From an uncultured Verrucomicrobiae bacterium (GTDB taxonomy: Bacteria > Verrucomicrobiota > Verrucomicrobiia > Chthoniobacterales > Chthoniobacteraceae), in assembly GCA_963769025.1 (NCBI GenBank), contig CAVYKI010000006.1:544001-608000 (forward strand): a DNA stretch of 64,000 bases. Direction: 5' to 3'. Shown here one piece after another: positions 1 to 10,725 of this stretch (the first letter of the stretch is position 1; the number at the start of each line of letters is the position of its first letter). Below the pieces are notes generated by a model that was given only the letters and a program-made list of their open reading frames with translations, searched no databases and was not told the origin of the DNA. The translations under genes and the position numbers were made by a program.

Positions 1-2
1 GT

Positions 3-644
3 CCGCTCAGCACGATGCGCCGCACGGCGAAGAAGGACGGGCAGGCGCGCGAACTCGCCGCGCGCGTGACGAGCGCGCCGAATGGCGACCGGTTGCTCGA
101 TGGCATGCCCATTTTCACGCAGGGAGACCGCGCGTATTGCGGCGTGGCGACGCTCGCGATGGCGATGCAGTTCCTCGGCCTGCGGCTGGACACGGAGGAT
201 TTCGCCGCGGCCGCCGGCATCAGGTTCGGCAGCACATACCACTCGAGCATCCGGGAGGTGTGCGAGGCCGCGGCGGATGTCGCGAAGCTGAAGCTGCCGC
301 GCACGACGCAGTTCGAGTTCGAGAAAGCGCGCGCGGCGATCGATGCCGGCTACCCGGTGATCGTCTTCCGGCGCTGGAGCCAGGAGCGTGATTTCCTGCA
401 CAGTGCATTCGCGCAGCGTTTCGGAAAAGATCCCGCCGCCACTCTGCCGAAGGCGGACCTGAACGACCGCAGAACATGGCCCGCGCGGGACGACTTCGCG
501 CATTCCTCGCTCGTCACCGGGTACAATCTCGCGCGGCGCGAAGTCATCTTCACCGAGAGCTGGGGCGAGCACACGCGCAACCGCCGGATGCGGATTGAGG
601 AGATGGAAGGCACCGGCTACCTCGCCTATTATCCGCGACTGTGA
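3..644 (+). CDS. C39/papain-like cysteine peptidase family protein, 5' partial
   Basis: QGDRAYCGVATLAMA (Gln...Cys), HSSLVTGY (His) and ESWG motifs. Frame is open to the window edge. Confidence 0.65.
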   Translation, partial: PLSTMRRTAKKDGQARELAARVTSAPNGDRLLDGMPIFTQGDRAYCGVATLAMAMQFLGLRLDTEDFAAAAGIRFGSTYHSSIREVCEAAADVAKLKLPRTTQFEFEKARAAIDAGYPVIVFRRWSQERDFLHSAFAQRFGKDPAATLPKADLNDRRTWPARDDFAHSSLVTGYNLARREVIFTESWGEHTRNRRMRIEEMEGTGYLAYYPRL

Positions 645-1882
645 AGCGCGCGATCCTCAGTCTGCTGGTGTTGCTGTCCGCGGCATGCGTGTTGCGTGCG
701 GAGATGCGCGAATGGACGGGACGGAATGGGCAAAAGTTCACCGCGGAGATCATCGCGAACGACGCATGGCGCGCGACCTTCGCGCTTCCCGATCGCAGCA
801 AAGCCGTGGTGCCGCTTTCGCAATTGAGCGCGGCCGACGTGACTTTCGTGACGCAGTGGCGTGCGGCAAATCCCGGCGCGCCGCTCGTGGATCCGCAGAA
901 GCTCGCGCCGTGGCCCGGCGAGGTGAGCGCGGCGGACATCGAGATCAAGCTGAAGTCCGAAGACCCGAAGGTGCCGTCATTCGTGTACGAAGGCGCGCAC
1001 TTCATCCTACGCTCGGATGTGAAGCTGCCGCTCGGCGTCGTGCGCGACCTGAACGGAGTATTCGAGGCGACGCGCGCGGCGCTGATGGCGCTGCCGTTCG
1101 GGCTTCATTCGGGAGGCGAGCGGGGAAAGTATCCGGTGCTGCTTTTCTCGACTGTCGAGCAGTACGCAGCCGCGGGCGGCGGTTCCGCGAGCGGTGGCTA
1201 TTTTGACGGAACGACCGGGCGCATGCTGATCCTGCTGCCGAATCTCGGCATCCGCACCGACGGCGAGACGAAGACGTTCGACTATCAAAAAAATCTCTTC
1301 GTCCTGAAGCACGAAGTCACGCATCAGATCCTCCGGCATTGGGGTTACGCATTTCCGGTGTGGTTTAACGAAGGGCTCGCGGAAGTCATCGCGGCGGCGC
1401 CGTACACGCGCGGCCGGTACACGTTTACGGCGATGGACACTGCGATCGGGACTTACGTGCAGAAGTGGCGCAGCCCGGGAGACCTCAAGCCGCTGTATCT
1501 CATCCAGCCGGCGCACCTGATGGAATTCAACGACTCGACTTGGGGCGCGCGCGTCGCCGGGCAATCGGCGTACGAACTCTACAATTCCGCGGCGCTCTTC
1601 ATCCATTTCCTGCTCCGTCACGATGGCGCCGGCGATGGCAGTTCGGTCGCGGGCTTTCTCGATGCGCTCCGTCGTGGCCTGGGCCGGGAGCGCGGTGCCT
1701 CCATGCAGTCGCCATACGGCCAGATGCGGGGCGATCCGCTTTTTGCAGTGAGGCAAAAGGCCGTGGCCGATTTCATCCGTCGCGGACGCAGCGATGAAAG
1801 ACTCACGGCGGATTTCGCGGCATTCCTGAAACGCCGCGGGCTGCGCGTTGAGTTCGAGGTGCCGCTGCCTCAGGCGAGATGA
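641..1882 (+). CDS. Secreted SHD1-like domain plus zinc metallopeptidase (gluzincin/DUF1570-like) protein
   Basis: Signal peptide; REWTGRNGQKFTAEI...VPLSQLSAAD is SHD1-like; HEVTH...WFNEGLAE zinc motif; GTGA overlap with the upstream gene. Confidence 0.7.
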   Translation: MKRAILSLLVLLSAACVLRAEMREWTGRNGQKFTAEIIANDAWRATFALPDRSKAVVPLSQLSAADVTFVTQWRAANPGAPLVDPQKLAPWPGEVSAADIEIKLKSEDPKVPSFVYEGAHFILRSDVKLPLGVVRDLNGVFEATRAALMALPFGLHSGGERGKYPVLLFSTVEQYAAAGGGSASGGYFDGTTGRMLILLPNLGIRTDGETKTFDYQKNLFVLKHEVTHQILRHWGYAFPVWFNEGLAEVIAAAPYTRGRYTFTAMDTAIGTYVQKWRSPGDLKPLYLIQPAHLMEFNDSTWGARVAGQSAYELYNSAALFIHFLLRHDGAGDGSSVAGFLDALRRGLGRERGASMQSPYGQMRGDPLFAVRQKAVADFIRRGRSDERLTADFAAFLKRRGLRVEFEVPLPQAR

Positions 1883-1952
1883 GCATGCGAATGCATAAGA
1901 AATCAGCCGCTCCGGGTTGGTATAGTGCAGCACCCGCTTTTGCCCCCGCCCA

Positions 1953-3368
1953 ATGAACCGCTCCCGCTCATCGTCTGCCCGCTGCGCCGGACCTTTGTCG
2001 CGGCGCGGCTTTCTCGAAGTCGGCGGAATGAGCCTGCTCGGCCTCGGGCTGGGCGGCCTGCTCGACGCGCGGGCGGCGAGTGCGCTCGCGGCAGCGAAGG
2101 GCGGCGGCACCTTCGGGAAGGCGAAGTCGTGCATCATTCTCTTCCTGTGTGGCGGGCCGCCGCAGCACGAGACGTTCGACCCCAAGCCGGATGCGCCGCT
2201 GGAGATCCGCGGAACATTCCGCTCCATCCCGACAAAGGTGCCGGGCATCCACCTCAGCGAGACGCTGCCGCACACCGCGCGCGTCACCGACCGGATGGCG
2301 ATCATCCGCTCGATGACCACGGACATCAACGCGCACTCGACGAGCGGCGCGTTCATGCTCACGGGCTACGTTCCGCCAACCAAAGCCGAAAATGTCCCCG
2401 CCGGCCCGCAGGATTGGCCGAGCATCGCGTCGGTCGTCGGCGCGTTGAAACCGAGCGAGCGCTCGCCCCTGTCGTCGGTCGTGTTGCCGGAGAAAATCCA
2501 GAACGACGGCAACATCGTGTGGCCGGGACAGGACGGCGGATTCATGGGCGGCGCGTGGCATCCGATGCTGATGAATTGCGACCCGGCGACGTTGCCGATC
2601 CGCATCGAGGGCATGAGCATGGCCGATGGGATGACACATGCGCGGCTTTCCGAGCGCTTCGATTTGCTCACGCAGATGGACGCGCAATTTCAGGCCGCAG
2701 CGCGCAGCGGTGCAGTCGCGGAACTCGGCCACATGCGACAAAAGGCGTTCGACCTGCTGCACTCGGACGCGAGCCGTGCGGCTTTCGCGCTGGAGCGGGA
2801 GACGCCCTCGCTGCGTGCGGCGTACGGCGAACACAAATTTGGCCAGAGCGTGCTGCTCGCCCGCCGGCTCGTGGAAGCAGGCACGCGGCTGGTGCAGGTG
2901 AACTGGCCGCGCGAAGGAGTGAAGGAAGTCGGCGGCAGCCCGCTGTGGGACACGCACAAGAACAACGCCGGCCGCGTGCGCGACGTGCTTTGCCCGCAAT
3001 TTGACCGGACGTACGCGACGCTCATCGAGGACCTCGCCGCTCGCGGGCTGCTCGACGAAACGCTCGTCGTGGTCATGGGAGAATTCGGACGCTCGCCGAA
3101 AATCAACGGCGCCGGCGGACGCGATCACTGGGGCTCGGTCTTCTCCGTAGCGCTCGCAGGCGCGGGCATCGCCGGAGGACAGATCATCGGTGAAAGTGAT
3201 CGCATCGGCGCGATGCCGGCATCGCGCCCCGTCGTCCCGCCGGATCTCGCGGCTTCGATCTTCCATCTGCTCGGCATTGCTCCTTCGGGTGAATTCATGG
3301 ACCCGCTCGGCCGTCCGCGGAGTGTCACGGATAACGGCCACCCGCTGCGCGAGCTCGTCGGTGCCTGA
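1953..3368 (+). CDS. DUF1501 family protein (Tat signal)
   Basis: SRRGFL twin-arginine leader; LCGGPPQHETFDPKP, WDTH, GEFGRSPKIN and GRDHW motifs. Confidence 0.85.
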   Translation: MNRSRSSSARCAGPLSRRGFLEVGGMSLLGLGLGGLLDARAASALAAAKGGGTFGKAKSCIILFLCGGPPQHETFDPKPDAPLEIRGTFRSIPTKVPGIHLSETLPHTARVTDRMAIIRSMTTDINAHSTSGAFMLTGYVPPTKAENVPAGPQDWPSIASVVGALKPSERSPLSSVVLPEKIQNDGNIVWPGQDGGFMGGAWHPMLMNCDPATLPIRIEGMSMADGMTHARLSERFDLLTQMDAQFQAAARSGAVAELGHMRQKAFDLLHSDASRAAFALERETPSLRAAYGEHKFGQSVLLARRLVEAGTRLVQVNWPREGVKEVGGSPLWDTHKNNAGRVRDVLCPQFDRTYATLIEDLAARGLLDETLVVVMGEFGRSPKINGAGGRDHWGSVFSVALAGAGIAGGQIIGESDRIGAMPASRPVVPPDLAASIFHLLGIAPSGEFMDPLGRPRSVTDNGHPLRELVGA

Positions 3369-3476
3369 GTCTGAGCCTCCTCGGCTGGGCATCGGCTGAC
3401 CGGCGTGCGTGCATGTCGTCCGTTTGTCGAAATTTTGGCGGGCGTCGCCGGAGTGCGCTGTTAGTTTCCCGCGCTG

Positions 3477-4652
3477 ATGTCCTGGTTTCTCGGATTCCTG
3501 CTGCTGGTTGCGATTCTCGTCTGGGCTTGCCGGGAGGTGCGGAGTCGGCGCTGCGAGAAGGCGCATGCGAAGCGCGTGGAGGAACTGCTGCGTGAACACG
3601 AGGTCCTCCGCACTCAGCACGGACTCGCCGAGGCAAATCTCGAGATCATCTTGTCCTCAATGCAGGAGGGTGTGCTGGTGCTCGACAAGCGGCGCACGGT
3701 CCGGCTTGCGAATCCGGCGGCGCAGAAGCTGTTCGATCTCCCCGCGGATTTCGCGACACGGACGCTCATCGAATTGCTCCGGGAACCGGCGGTGGACGAC
3801 ATGGTGGTGGCTGCCGTGGAGCGGTCAGAGGCGGGTGACGCCGAGCTGAATCTCCCGGCCCGCAAGCCGCCGATGGTGCTGGCCGTGCGCGTGGCGCCGA
3901 TGCGCGATGCCTCCGGTGAACCGGCTGCGCTGGCGATGTTCCGTGACGTCGGGCATCTCAAGCGCCTCGAGGAGGTGCGGCGGGAATTTGTGGCAAATGT
4001 GTCGCATGAACTGCGCACGCCGCTCTCGATTTTTCAGGGCTACGTCGAGCACCTGCAGGACACGCCGGATTTGCCACGGAAGGAGCAGGCCGAGGTGTTC
4101 GCTGTTCTGGACCGCCACACGAAGCGGTTGACCGCGCTCGTCGAGGATTTGCTCGTGCTCGCTCGGATGGAGTCTCAGCCGGACGATTTGTCGCGGGAGG
4201 AAATCGACCTGCCGTCTTTCCTCGCCGAGATCGCGCGCGACTTTGAACTCCGCGCCGGAAAGAAGGGCGTGAAGCTCCGCGTGGACGTGGCCGCGGACAC
4301 GGCGCCGCTGAACGCGGACCGTCTCCGCATGGAGCAGGTGTTCGCCAATCTCACGGACAATGCGCTCAAGTTCACGCCCGAGGGCGGCACGGTCACGCTC
4401 GGCGCCGCGACCTCGGGCAGCGACACGCTGCTGTGGGTGAGCGACACGGGGCAGGGGATCCTGTCGAGCTACCTGCCGCACATTTTCGAGCGTTTCTACC
4501 GAGGGGACAAAGGCCGCAGCCGCGACATCGGCGGGACCGGTCTGGGGCTCAGCATCGTGAAACACATCGCCCGCGCGCACGGCGGCGATGCCGAGGCGGA
4601 CAGCACGTTTGGCAAAGGCACGACGATCCGGCTGCGGCTGCCGAATTCATAA
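3477..4652 (+). CDS. PhoR-like sensor histidine kinase (TM-PAS-HisKA-HATPase)
   Basis: RREFVANVSHELRTP H-box, NLTDNALKF N-box, DTGQGI, FERFYRGD and GGTGLGLSIV. Confidence 0.85.
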   Translation: MSWFLGFLLLVAILVWACREVRSRRCEKAHAKRVEELLREHEVLRTQHGLAEANLEIILSSMQEGVLVLDKRRTVRLANPAAQKLFDLPADFATRTLIELLREPAVDDMVVAAVERSEAGDAELNLPARKPPMVLAVRVAPMRDASGEPAALAMFRDVGHLKRLEEVRREFVANVSHELRTPLSIFQGYVEHLQDTPDLPRKEQAEVFAVLDRHTKRLTALVEDLLVLARMESQPDDLSREEIDLPSFLAEIARDFELRAGKKGVKLRVDVAADTAPLNADRLRMEQVFANLTDNALKFTPEGGTVTLGAATSGSDTLLWVSDTGQGILSSYLPHIFERFYRGDKGRSRDIGGTGLGLSIVKHIARAHGGDAEADSTFGKGTTIRLRLPNS

Positions 4653-4672
4653 GCAGGGACGGCGGGCCAGAT

Positions 4673-6481
4673 TTAGCCCGGAATCTCGCGGAGCAGCTGC
4701 CCGTTGGTCGGAAATTTCTTCACGAAGGACAGCAGGCGCTCGATGGCCTCGTAAGGTTTGTGCCCGGCGAGGCCTCGGCGGATGACGCTGATTTTGTGCA
4801 GATCGTCCTGCGGGATGAGCAGTTCATCGCGGCGCGTGCCGCTCTGGAAGATGTCGATCGCGGGATACACGCGCTGGTCGCTGATTTTGCGATCGAGCAC
4901 GATCTCCATGTTTCCGGTGCCCTTGAACTCCTGAAAGATCAGCTCGTCCATGCGGCTGCCCGTATCGATGAGCGCGGTCGCGACGATGGTCAGCGAACCG
5001 GCCTCCTCGGTGTTGCGCGCCGCGGCAAAAATCTTGCGTGGGATTTCCAGCGCGCGGCTATCCACGCCGCCGGACATGGTGCGTCCGCCGCCGGCCATGG
5101 CGTTGTTGAATGCGCGGCCGAGGCGCGTGATGGAATCGAGCAGGATGAACACGTCGCGTCCGCTTTCCACGAGGCGCTTGGCGCGCTCGATGCAGAGTTG
5201 CGCGATGCGGGTGTGGGACTTCACGTCCATGTCGTTCGAGCTGGCCCACAATTCCGCCTCCGGGATGTTGCGCTTGAAGTCCGTGACTTCCTCGGGGCGC
5301 TCGTCCACGAGCAGGATCATCAGCTTCACGTCGGGATGATTTTTCACCACCGCCTGTGCCATGTGATGCAGAAGCGTGGTCTTGCCGGTGCGCGGCGGGG
5401 CGACGATGAGGCCGCGCTGGCCTTTGCCTACGGGCGTGACGAGATCGATGATGCGCGTGGTGAAACGGTCGGGGACCGTCTCGAGCTTCATGCGCTCGAG
5501 CGGGCTGATGGTGGTGAGGTCGTCGAATGCCGGCCACGCTTTTGCCGTGTCGGGTTCCGCGTCGTTGATCGTGAGGATGCGGTGAATCTGCAGTCCGCGG
5601 CTGCTCTTGCGCGCCTCGGCCTTGAGCCATTGTCCGTCGCGGAGGCCGTGCTTTTTCACGGCTTCCGGTGTGACAAACACATCGCTCGGGTGCGGCTGGA
5701 AGAACCGCTTCGGGTCGCGCAGGAAGCCAAAGCCCTTGCCGGAGATTTCGCAGTAGCCTTCGACATCGACGATTTCCTCGAGCTCCGGTTCTGGGCTCGG
5801 GGCTGGTTGGGCGCTCGGCTGCTGTTCGCGGTTGGGATCGCGGTGCTGCTGCTGTTGATGTTGATCGCGGCGGTGCTGGCGATGATCCGGACGATCCGGG
5901 CGTTCATGGCGCTCGTGCCGTTCGCGGCCGCGCTGCTGTGGCTGCTGGGGCGCTTGCTGGGGTGCAGGCGCGGCAGGAGCACTTGTTTCAACTTGAGGCG
6001 CCGCTGTCGTTGGTGTTGCGGCAGCCGGAGCGTTTGTGGCGATTGCCTGCTGGGCCGCCATCTTTGCGCCGAGCATTGCTGACATGATGGCGTCGAGCTG
6101 CGACTTTTCGGTCGGAATCGGAATGTTCGCGGCCCTCAGGAAGGCCTCCACCTCACGGGGAATGTAGAGCGGACGCGGACGCGGACCTTCTTGCATAGGC
6201 GCCGGCGCGGAGGGCTGCGCGACCGGTGCTGGAGCCTCGGCCTTCACCGGTGTTGGAACTGACTCTGGGGCCGGCGCGATTTCCGCGTCCAGCGTGGCGG
6301 GCGCGGCCTCGTCGGGCGCGGCGGCAGCCTTCTTGCGCGTGACGCGTTTCACAGTCTTTGCCGTCGCCGCTTTCGGTGCCGCCTTCTTCCGGGTGGTGCC
6401 GGTGGCCGTTGCAGTCTTGCGGGTCGTCTTCTTTTTCGGAGCTTGCTCGTCGAGCAGTTCCGGGTCGTTTTTTTTACTCAT
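4673..6481 (-). CDS. rho: Transcription termination factor Rho with long low-complexity N-terminal extension
   Basis: GFGFLR RNA-binding motif, GKGQRGLIVAPPRTGKTT P-loop, DERPEEVTD and EFKGTGNMEI. Start placed at MSKKND. Confidence 0.97.
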   Translation of the reverse strand: MSKKNDPELLDEQAPKKKTTRKTATATGTTRKKAAPKAATAKTVKRVTRKKAAAAPDEAAPATLDAEIAPAPESVPTPVKAEAPAPVAQPSAPAPMQEGPRPRPLYIPREVEAFLRAANIPIPTEKSQLDAIMSAMLGAKMAAQQAIATNAPAAATPTTAAPQVETSAPAAPAPQQAPQQPQQRGRERHERHERPDRPDHRQHRRDQHQQQQHRDPNREQQPSAQPAPSPEPELEEIVDVEGYCEISGKGFGFLRDPKRFFQPHPSDVFVTPEAVKKHGLRDGQWLKAEARKSSRGLQIHRILTINDAEPDTAKAWPAFDDLTTISPLERMKLETVPDRFTTRIIDLVTPVGKGQRGLIVAPPRTGKTTLLHHMAQAVVKNHPDVKLMILLVDERPEEVTDFKRNIPEAELWASSNDMDVKSHTRIAQLCIERAKRLVESGRDVFILLDSITRLGRAFNNAMAGGGRTMSGGVDSRALEIPRKIFAAARNTEEAGSLTIVATALIDTGSRMDELIFQEFKGTGNMEIVLDRKISDQRVYPAIDIFQSGTRRDELLIPQDDLHKISVIRRGLAGHKPYEAIERLLSFVKKFPTNGQLLREIPG

Positions 6482-6950
6482 GGAAATGTTTGTCTGTTCG
6501 CACTCAGTCCGGAGTGCCTGCGGGTCATTCGATCTTTTCCTCCCCGATGGATGCCGCATGGACTGCGGGAATGCCTCCGGGCAGACGGGACTGGCGTCGG
6601 GGTTGCCCCCGCCATTCCTCGCCGCAAGGGTGATTGCCTTGGCGAGTGCGCCGAAGTCCTGCTCCTGCTGTCTGCGGGGAGCACGCTTCCGACGCTTCAC
6701 GTTGGATCACTGGTTGTGCCCAGCCATCATGTGGTGTGGAAAAAAGGAAAGATTGCGCCGCGGCCGTGAGGTTTTACTGACGTCGCTTAAGACTGGCCCG
6801 TTCAGTCGGGGAGACCGAAACCGCTGACGCGATCGAACAGGCGCAAGAACGCAGATGGCACGGGGAACGTCAACCTGAATCTTCGCCGCGAGCGGGATTT
6901 GATTGCCCCGGCGCGTTCTTTCCAAAATGGTGCGCACCCTTTTCCACAAA

Positions 6951-9216
6951 ATGTCCGACCCCGTCATCACCAAGGAACTCATCGCAAAGCACGGCCTCAC
7001 CGACGAGGAGTATGCCCGCATCCAGGGCATCCTCGGGCGCGATCCGAACATCACGGAGCTGGGCGTGTTCTCGGTGATGTGGAGCGAGCATTGCAGCTAC
7101 AAGAACACGAAGCGCGAGCTGCGGAAATTCCCGACGACGGGGCCGCTGGTGCTCGTGAAGGCGGGCGAGGAAAATGCGGGCGTGATCGACATCGGCGACG
7201 GGTGGGCGGTGGCGTTCAAGATGGAGTCGCACAATCACCCGAGCGCCATCGAGCCGTTCCAGGGCGCGGCGACGGGCGTGGGCGGAATCATCCGCGACAT
7301 TTTCACGATGGGCGCGCGGCCGGTGTTCTCGCTGGACTCGCTGCGCTTCGGGCCGATCCACGGCGACACGGCGCAGCACAAGTGGAACCGCTCGCGCTTC
7401 GCGGGCGTGGTGAGCGGCATCGCGCACTACGGGAATTGCATCGGCGTGCCGACCATCGGCGGCGAGGTGTTTTTCGACGAGAGCTACAATGGCAATCCGC
7501 TCGTGAATGTGTTCTGCCTCGGCATCCTGCGGCACGAGCAGATCGCGCGCGGCGCGGCGAAGGGCGTGGGCAATCCGGTTTTCTACGTCGGCGCGGAGAC
7601 GGGGCGCGACGGGCTCGCGGGCGCGGCGTTCGCCTCGCGCGATCTCACGGAGGAGAGCAAGCAGGACCGGCCCGCGGTGCAGGTGGGCGATCCGTTCCGC
7701 GAAAAGCTGCTGCTGGAGGCGTGCCTCGAATTGCTCGCGACCGATGCTGTCGCGGGCATCCAGGACATGGGCGCGGCGGGCCTCACGTGCTCGACTTGCG
7801 AGACGGCGAGCCGCGGCGGCACGGGCGTGGAAATCGACCTCGCGAAGGTGCCGCAGCGCGAGACGGGCATGACGCCCTACGAGACGCTGCTGAGCGAATC
7901 GCAGGAGCGCATGCTCATCATCGTGAAGAAGGGCCACGAGCAGACCGTGGTGGACATCTTTGAAAAGTGGGATCTGCCTTACGCCGAGGTCGGCGTGGTG
8001 AAGGACGACGGCATGATGCGCGTGCTCGATCACGGCAAGCTCGCCGTGGAAATTCCGGCCGCGAAACTCGCCGACGACGCGCCGCTTTACTCGCGGGAGT
8101 GGAAGGCGCGCCCGGAGCCCGCGCCGCTCGATTTTTCAAAGCTCGCCGCCGTGGACGAAAAGGCCGCGCTGCTCGCGCTGCTCGCGCATCCGACCATCGC
8201 GAGCAAGCAGTGGGTGTGGCGTCAATACGATCACATGGTGCGCCTCGGCTGCGCGGTGCTGCCGGGCAGCGACGCCGCGGTGTTCATCGTGCGCGAGGCG
8301 AACAAGATTCTCGCCGCGACGAGCGACTGCAATTCGCTCTACGTGCTGCAGGACCCGCGCGAGGGCGCGCGCATCGCCATCGCCGAGGCCGCGCGGAATC
8401 TCACGTGCAGCGGCGCGCGCCTGCTCGCGGTGACGGACAACCTCAACTTTGCCAACCCGCACAATCCCGAGCTGTTCTGGCAGCTCCGCGAGAGCGTCGA
8501 GGGACTCGCCGAGGGCTGCCGCGAATTCGGCACGCCGGTCACGGGCGGCAACGTGTCGCTCTACAACCAGAGCCCCGCGGGCCCCATCGATCCCACGCCG
8601 ACCGTCGGCATGGTCGGCATCATCGACGACGCGAAGCACATCACCACGCAGGCGTTCAAGTCCGCGGGTGACGTCATCATCCTCGCCGGCCCGGTGCTCG
8701 ATCCCGCCGCAGGCGATCTCTCACTCGGCGCGTCGCACTACATGAAAGTCGTCCACGGCCAAAAGGCCGGCCGCACGCCGCGCCTGTCGTTCGATTTGGA
8801 AAAGCGCGTGCAGGCCGCCGTGCTCGGCCTCATCCGCGACGGCCTCGTGAAGAGCGCGCACGATTGCAGCGAAGGCGGCCTCGCCGTCGCGCTCGCGGAA
8901 AGCTGCATCGGCGGAAAACTCGGCGCAACCGTCGAGCTGCCCAGCGGCCCCGCGCTCGACAAATATCCCGCGCACGCCGCCCGCGCCGCGCTGCTCTTCG
9001 GCGAAAGCCAGAGCCGCATCATCCTCGGCAGTCGCCCCCGAAAACGCCGACCGCGTCCTCGCCGCCCTCGCCGCCGCCAAGATCCCGCACAGCCGACTCG
9101 GCACCGTTGGCGGCGACCAACTGAGCATCACCGCCCACGGCGTCACGCTCGCGTCACCGCTCGCGGAAGTGAGCGATCCGTTCGAGCACAGCATCGAGCG
9201 GGCGATGGAGGGGTGA
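6951..9216 (+). CDS. purL: Phosphoribosylformylglycinamidine synthase subunit PurL (frameshift near 9030, probably an indel error)
   Basis: [32 protein letters not shown] and HDCSEGG. C-terminus continues in another frame to TGA 9214-9216. Confidence 0.95.
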
Positions 9217-9343
9217 GGGTTGAGGAAGCGCGTGCATTTTCATCCGTAATGCAGCCAGCGCGGAGACAATCGAGCGCCGGAAAAGAAACGGCCACGGCGT
9301 CTGAGATACCGTGGCCGTTCGTTTGAAATGATGAAAGTGCGCG

Positions 9344-9842
9344 CTACCCGAGCACCTTGTTCCACTTGTCGAGGTTCGCCTTTTGCGCGGCGAAGAGTTC
9401 GTCGGTGGAGTCGAGCACTTCGATGCCGGAGATGGTGTCGCCCTGCGCGATCTTGTTCACGACGTCCTGGCCTTTCGTGACTTCGCCGAAGACGGCGTGC
9501 TTGCCGTCAAGGTGCGGAGTGGGGCCGTGGGTGATGAAAAACTGGCTGCCGTTCGTGCGCGGGGCCGGCGTTGGCCATCGAGAAGATGCCGGGCTTCGAG
9601 TGCTTGAGCGACTTGTCGATCTCGTCGGCGAACTTGTAGCCGGGGCCTCCCGCGCCGGTACCGGTCGGGTCGCCGCCCTGGATCATGAAGTTCGCGATGA
9701 CGCGGTGGAACTTGATGCCGTCGTAGTAACCGCGCTTGGCGAGGTTGAGGAAACTGGCGGAGGTCATGGGCACTTTGCTGGCGAAGATGGTGGCTTCGAT
9801 GTTGCCCTTGCTGGTTTTGAGGATGAGGCGAATGTCGGACAT
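9344..9842 (-). CDS. Cyclophilin-type peptidyl-prolyl isomerase, cytoplasmic (frameshift near 9560)
   Basis: [25 protein letters not shown] and SMANAG, then [10 protein letters not shown]...[10 protein letters not shown] in the shifted frame. Confidence 0.9.
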
Positions 9843-10044
9843 AAGGGCGCGGAAACTGGACGGTGCGCCGAATGCGCGCAAGCGATTTGCGAGGGTGGAC
9901 GCAGACGACTGCGAGCGGAGCTCCACCTTTTCCGCTGCGTTGCCAGCGCCCTCCGGCGCTGACCTTCGGCTGTCTTTCTCACTGCGCGCGAATCCGCTCC
10001 ATTCTCCGCGTGACACGAATCGCGTCGCGTGTATTCCTCGATTC

Positions 10045-10633
10045 ATGAAGATTTTCTCCGCCGCCCTGCTCGCTCTCACACTCGCAGCCACCTTCAGCGT
10101 CCGCTCCTTCGCGGCGGATGAGAAGAAGGCCGCATGACGAAGTCGCCGTGATCAAAACCAACGAAGGCACGATGGTGCTCGAGTTTTGGTCGGACGTCGC
10201 GCCGAAGCATGTCGAGAATTTCAAGACGCTCGCGAAAAAGGGATTCTATGACGGCACCGCTTTTCACCGCGTCATCAAGGGCTTCATGATCCAGGGCGGC
10301 GACCCGCTGACGAAGGACGACGCACAGCAGGCGCGCTGGGGCACGGGCGACCCCGGCTACAAGATCAAGGCGGAGTTCAACGACAAGGCGCACGTGCGTG
10401 GCGTCCTCAGTGCGGCGCGTTCGCAGGATCCGGATTCGGCTGGCAGCCAGTTCTTCATCTGCCACGGCGATCCGCGGTTCCTCGACAAGCAGTACACCGC
10501 CTATGGAAAGCTGATCAAGGGCGACGACGTGCTGGAGAAGATCGCGACGACCGAGACCGCTCCTGGCGACCGACCGGTGAAGAAGATGGTCGTCGAGTCC
10601 ATCACGATCGTCCCGCGCAGCGAGGTGAAGTAG
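10045..10633 (+). CDS. Cyclophilin-type peptidyl-prolyl isomerase, exported (frameshift near 10134)
   Basis: Signal peptide [30 protein letters not shown] and SAGSQFFIC. Confidence 0.9.
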
Positions 10634-10654
10634 CGCGGCGCGCGAAACCAATCA

Positions 10655-10690
10655 GCGCCGGCGCGAGTAAAACCGCCGGCGCGCTTTTTC
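10655..10690 (+). terminator. Intrinsic terminator
   Basis: GCGCCGGCG / CGCCGGCGC stem followed by TTTTT, just after the cyclophilin stop. Confidence 0.65.
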
Positions 10691-10725
10691 ATCCCGTCAA
10701 AAAGTCACCGCGACCCGCAACGACC

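Noticed and set aside
6482..6700. Longer N-terminal extension of Rho given by the ORF track
   Set aside because: Reads like non-coding leader; ATG 6481 is the more plausible start.
6781..6950. ZTP (pfl) riboswitch upstream of purL, suggested by GACTGGC and GGGGAG
   Set aside because: The P1 pairing and the downstream CGCCTGGG element are not present.
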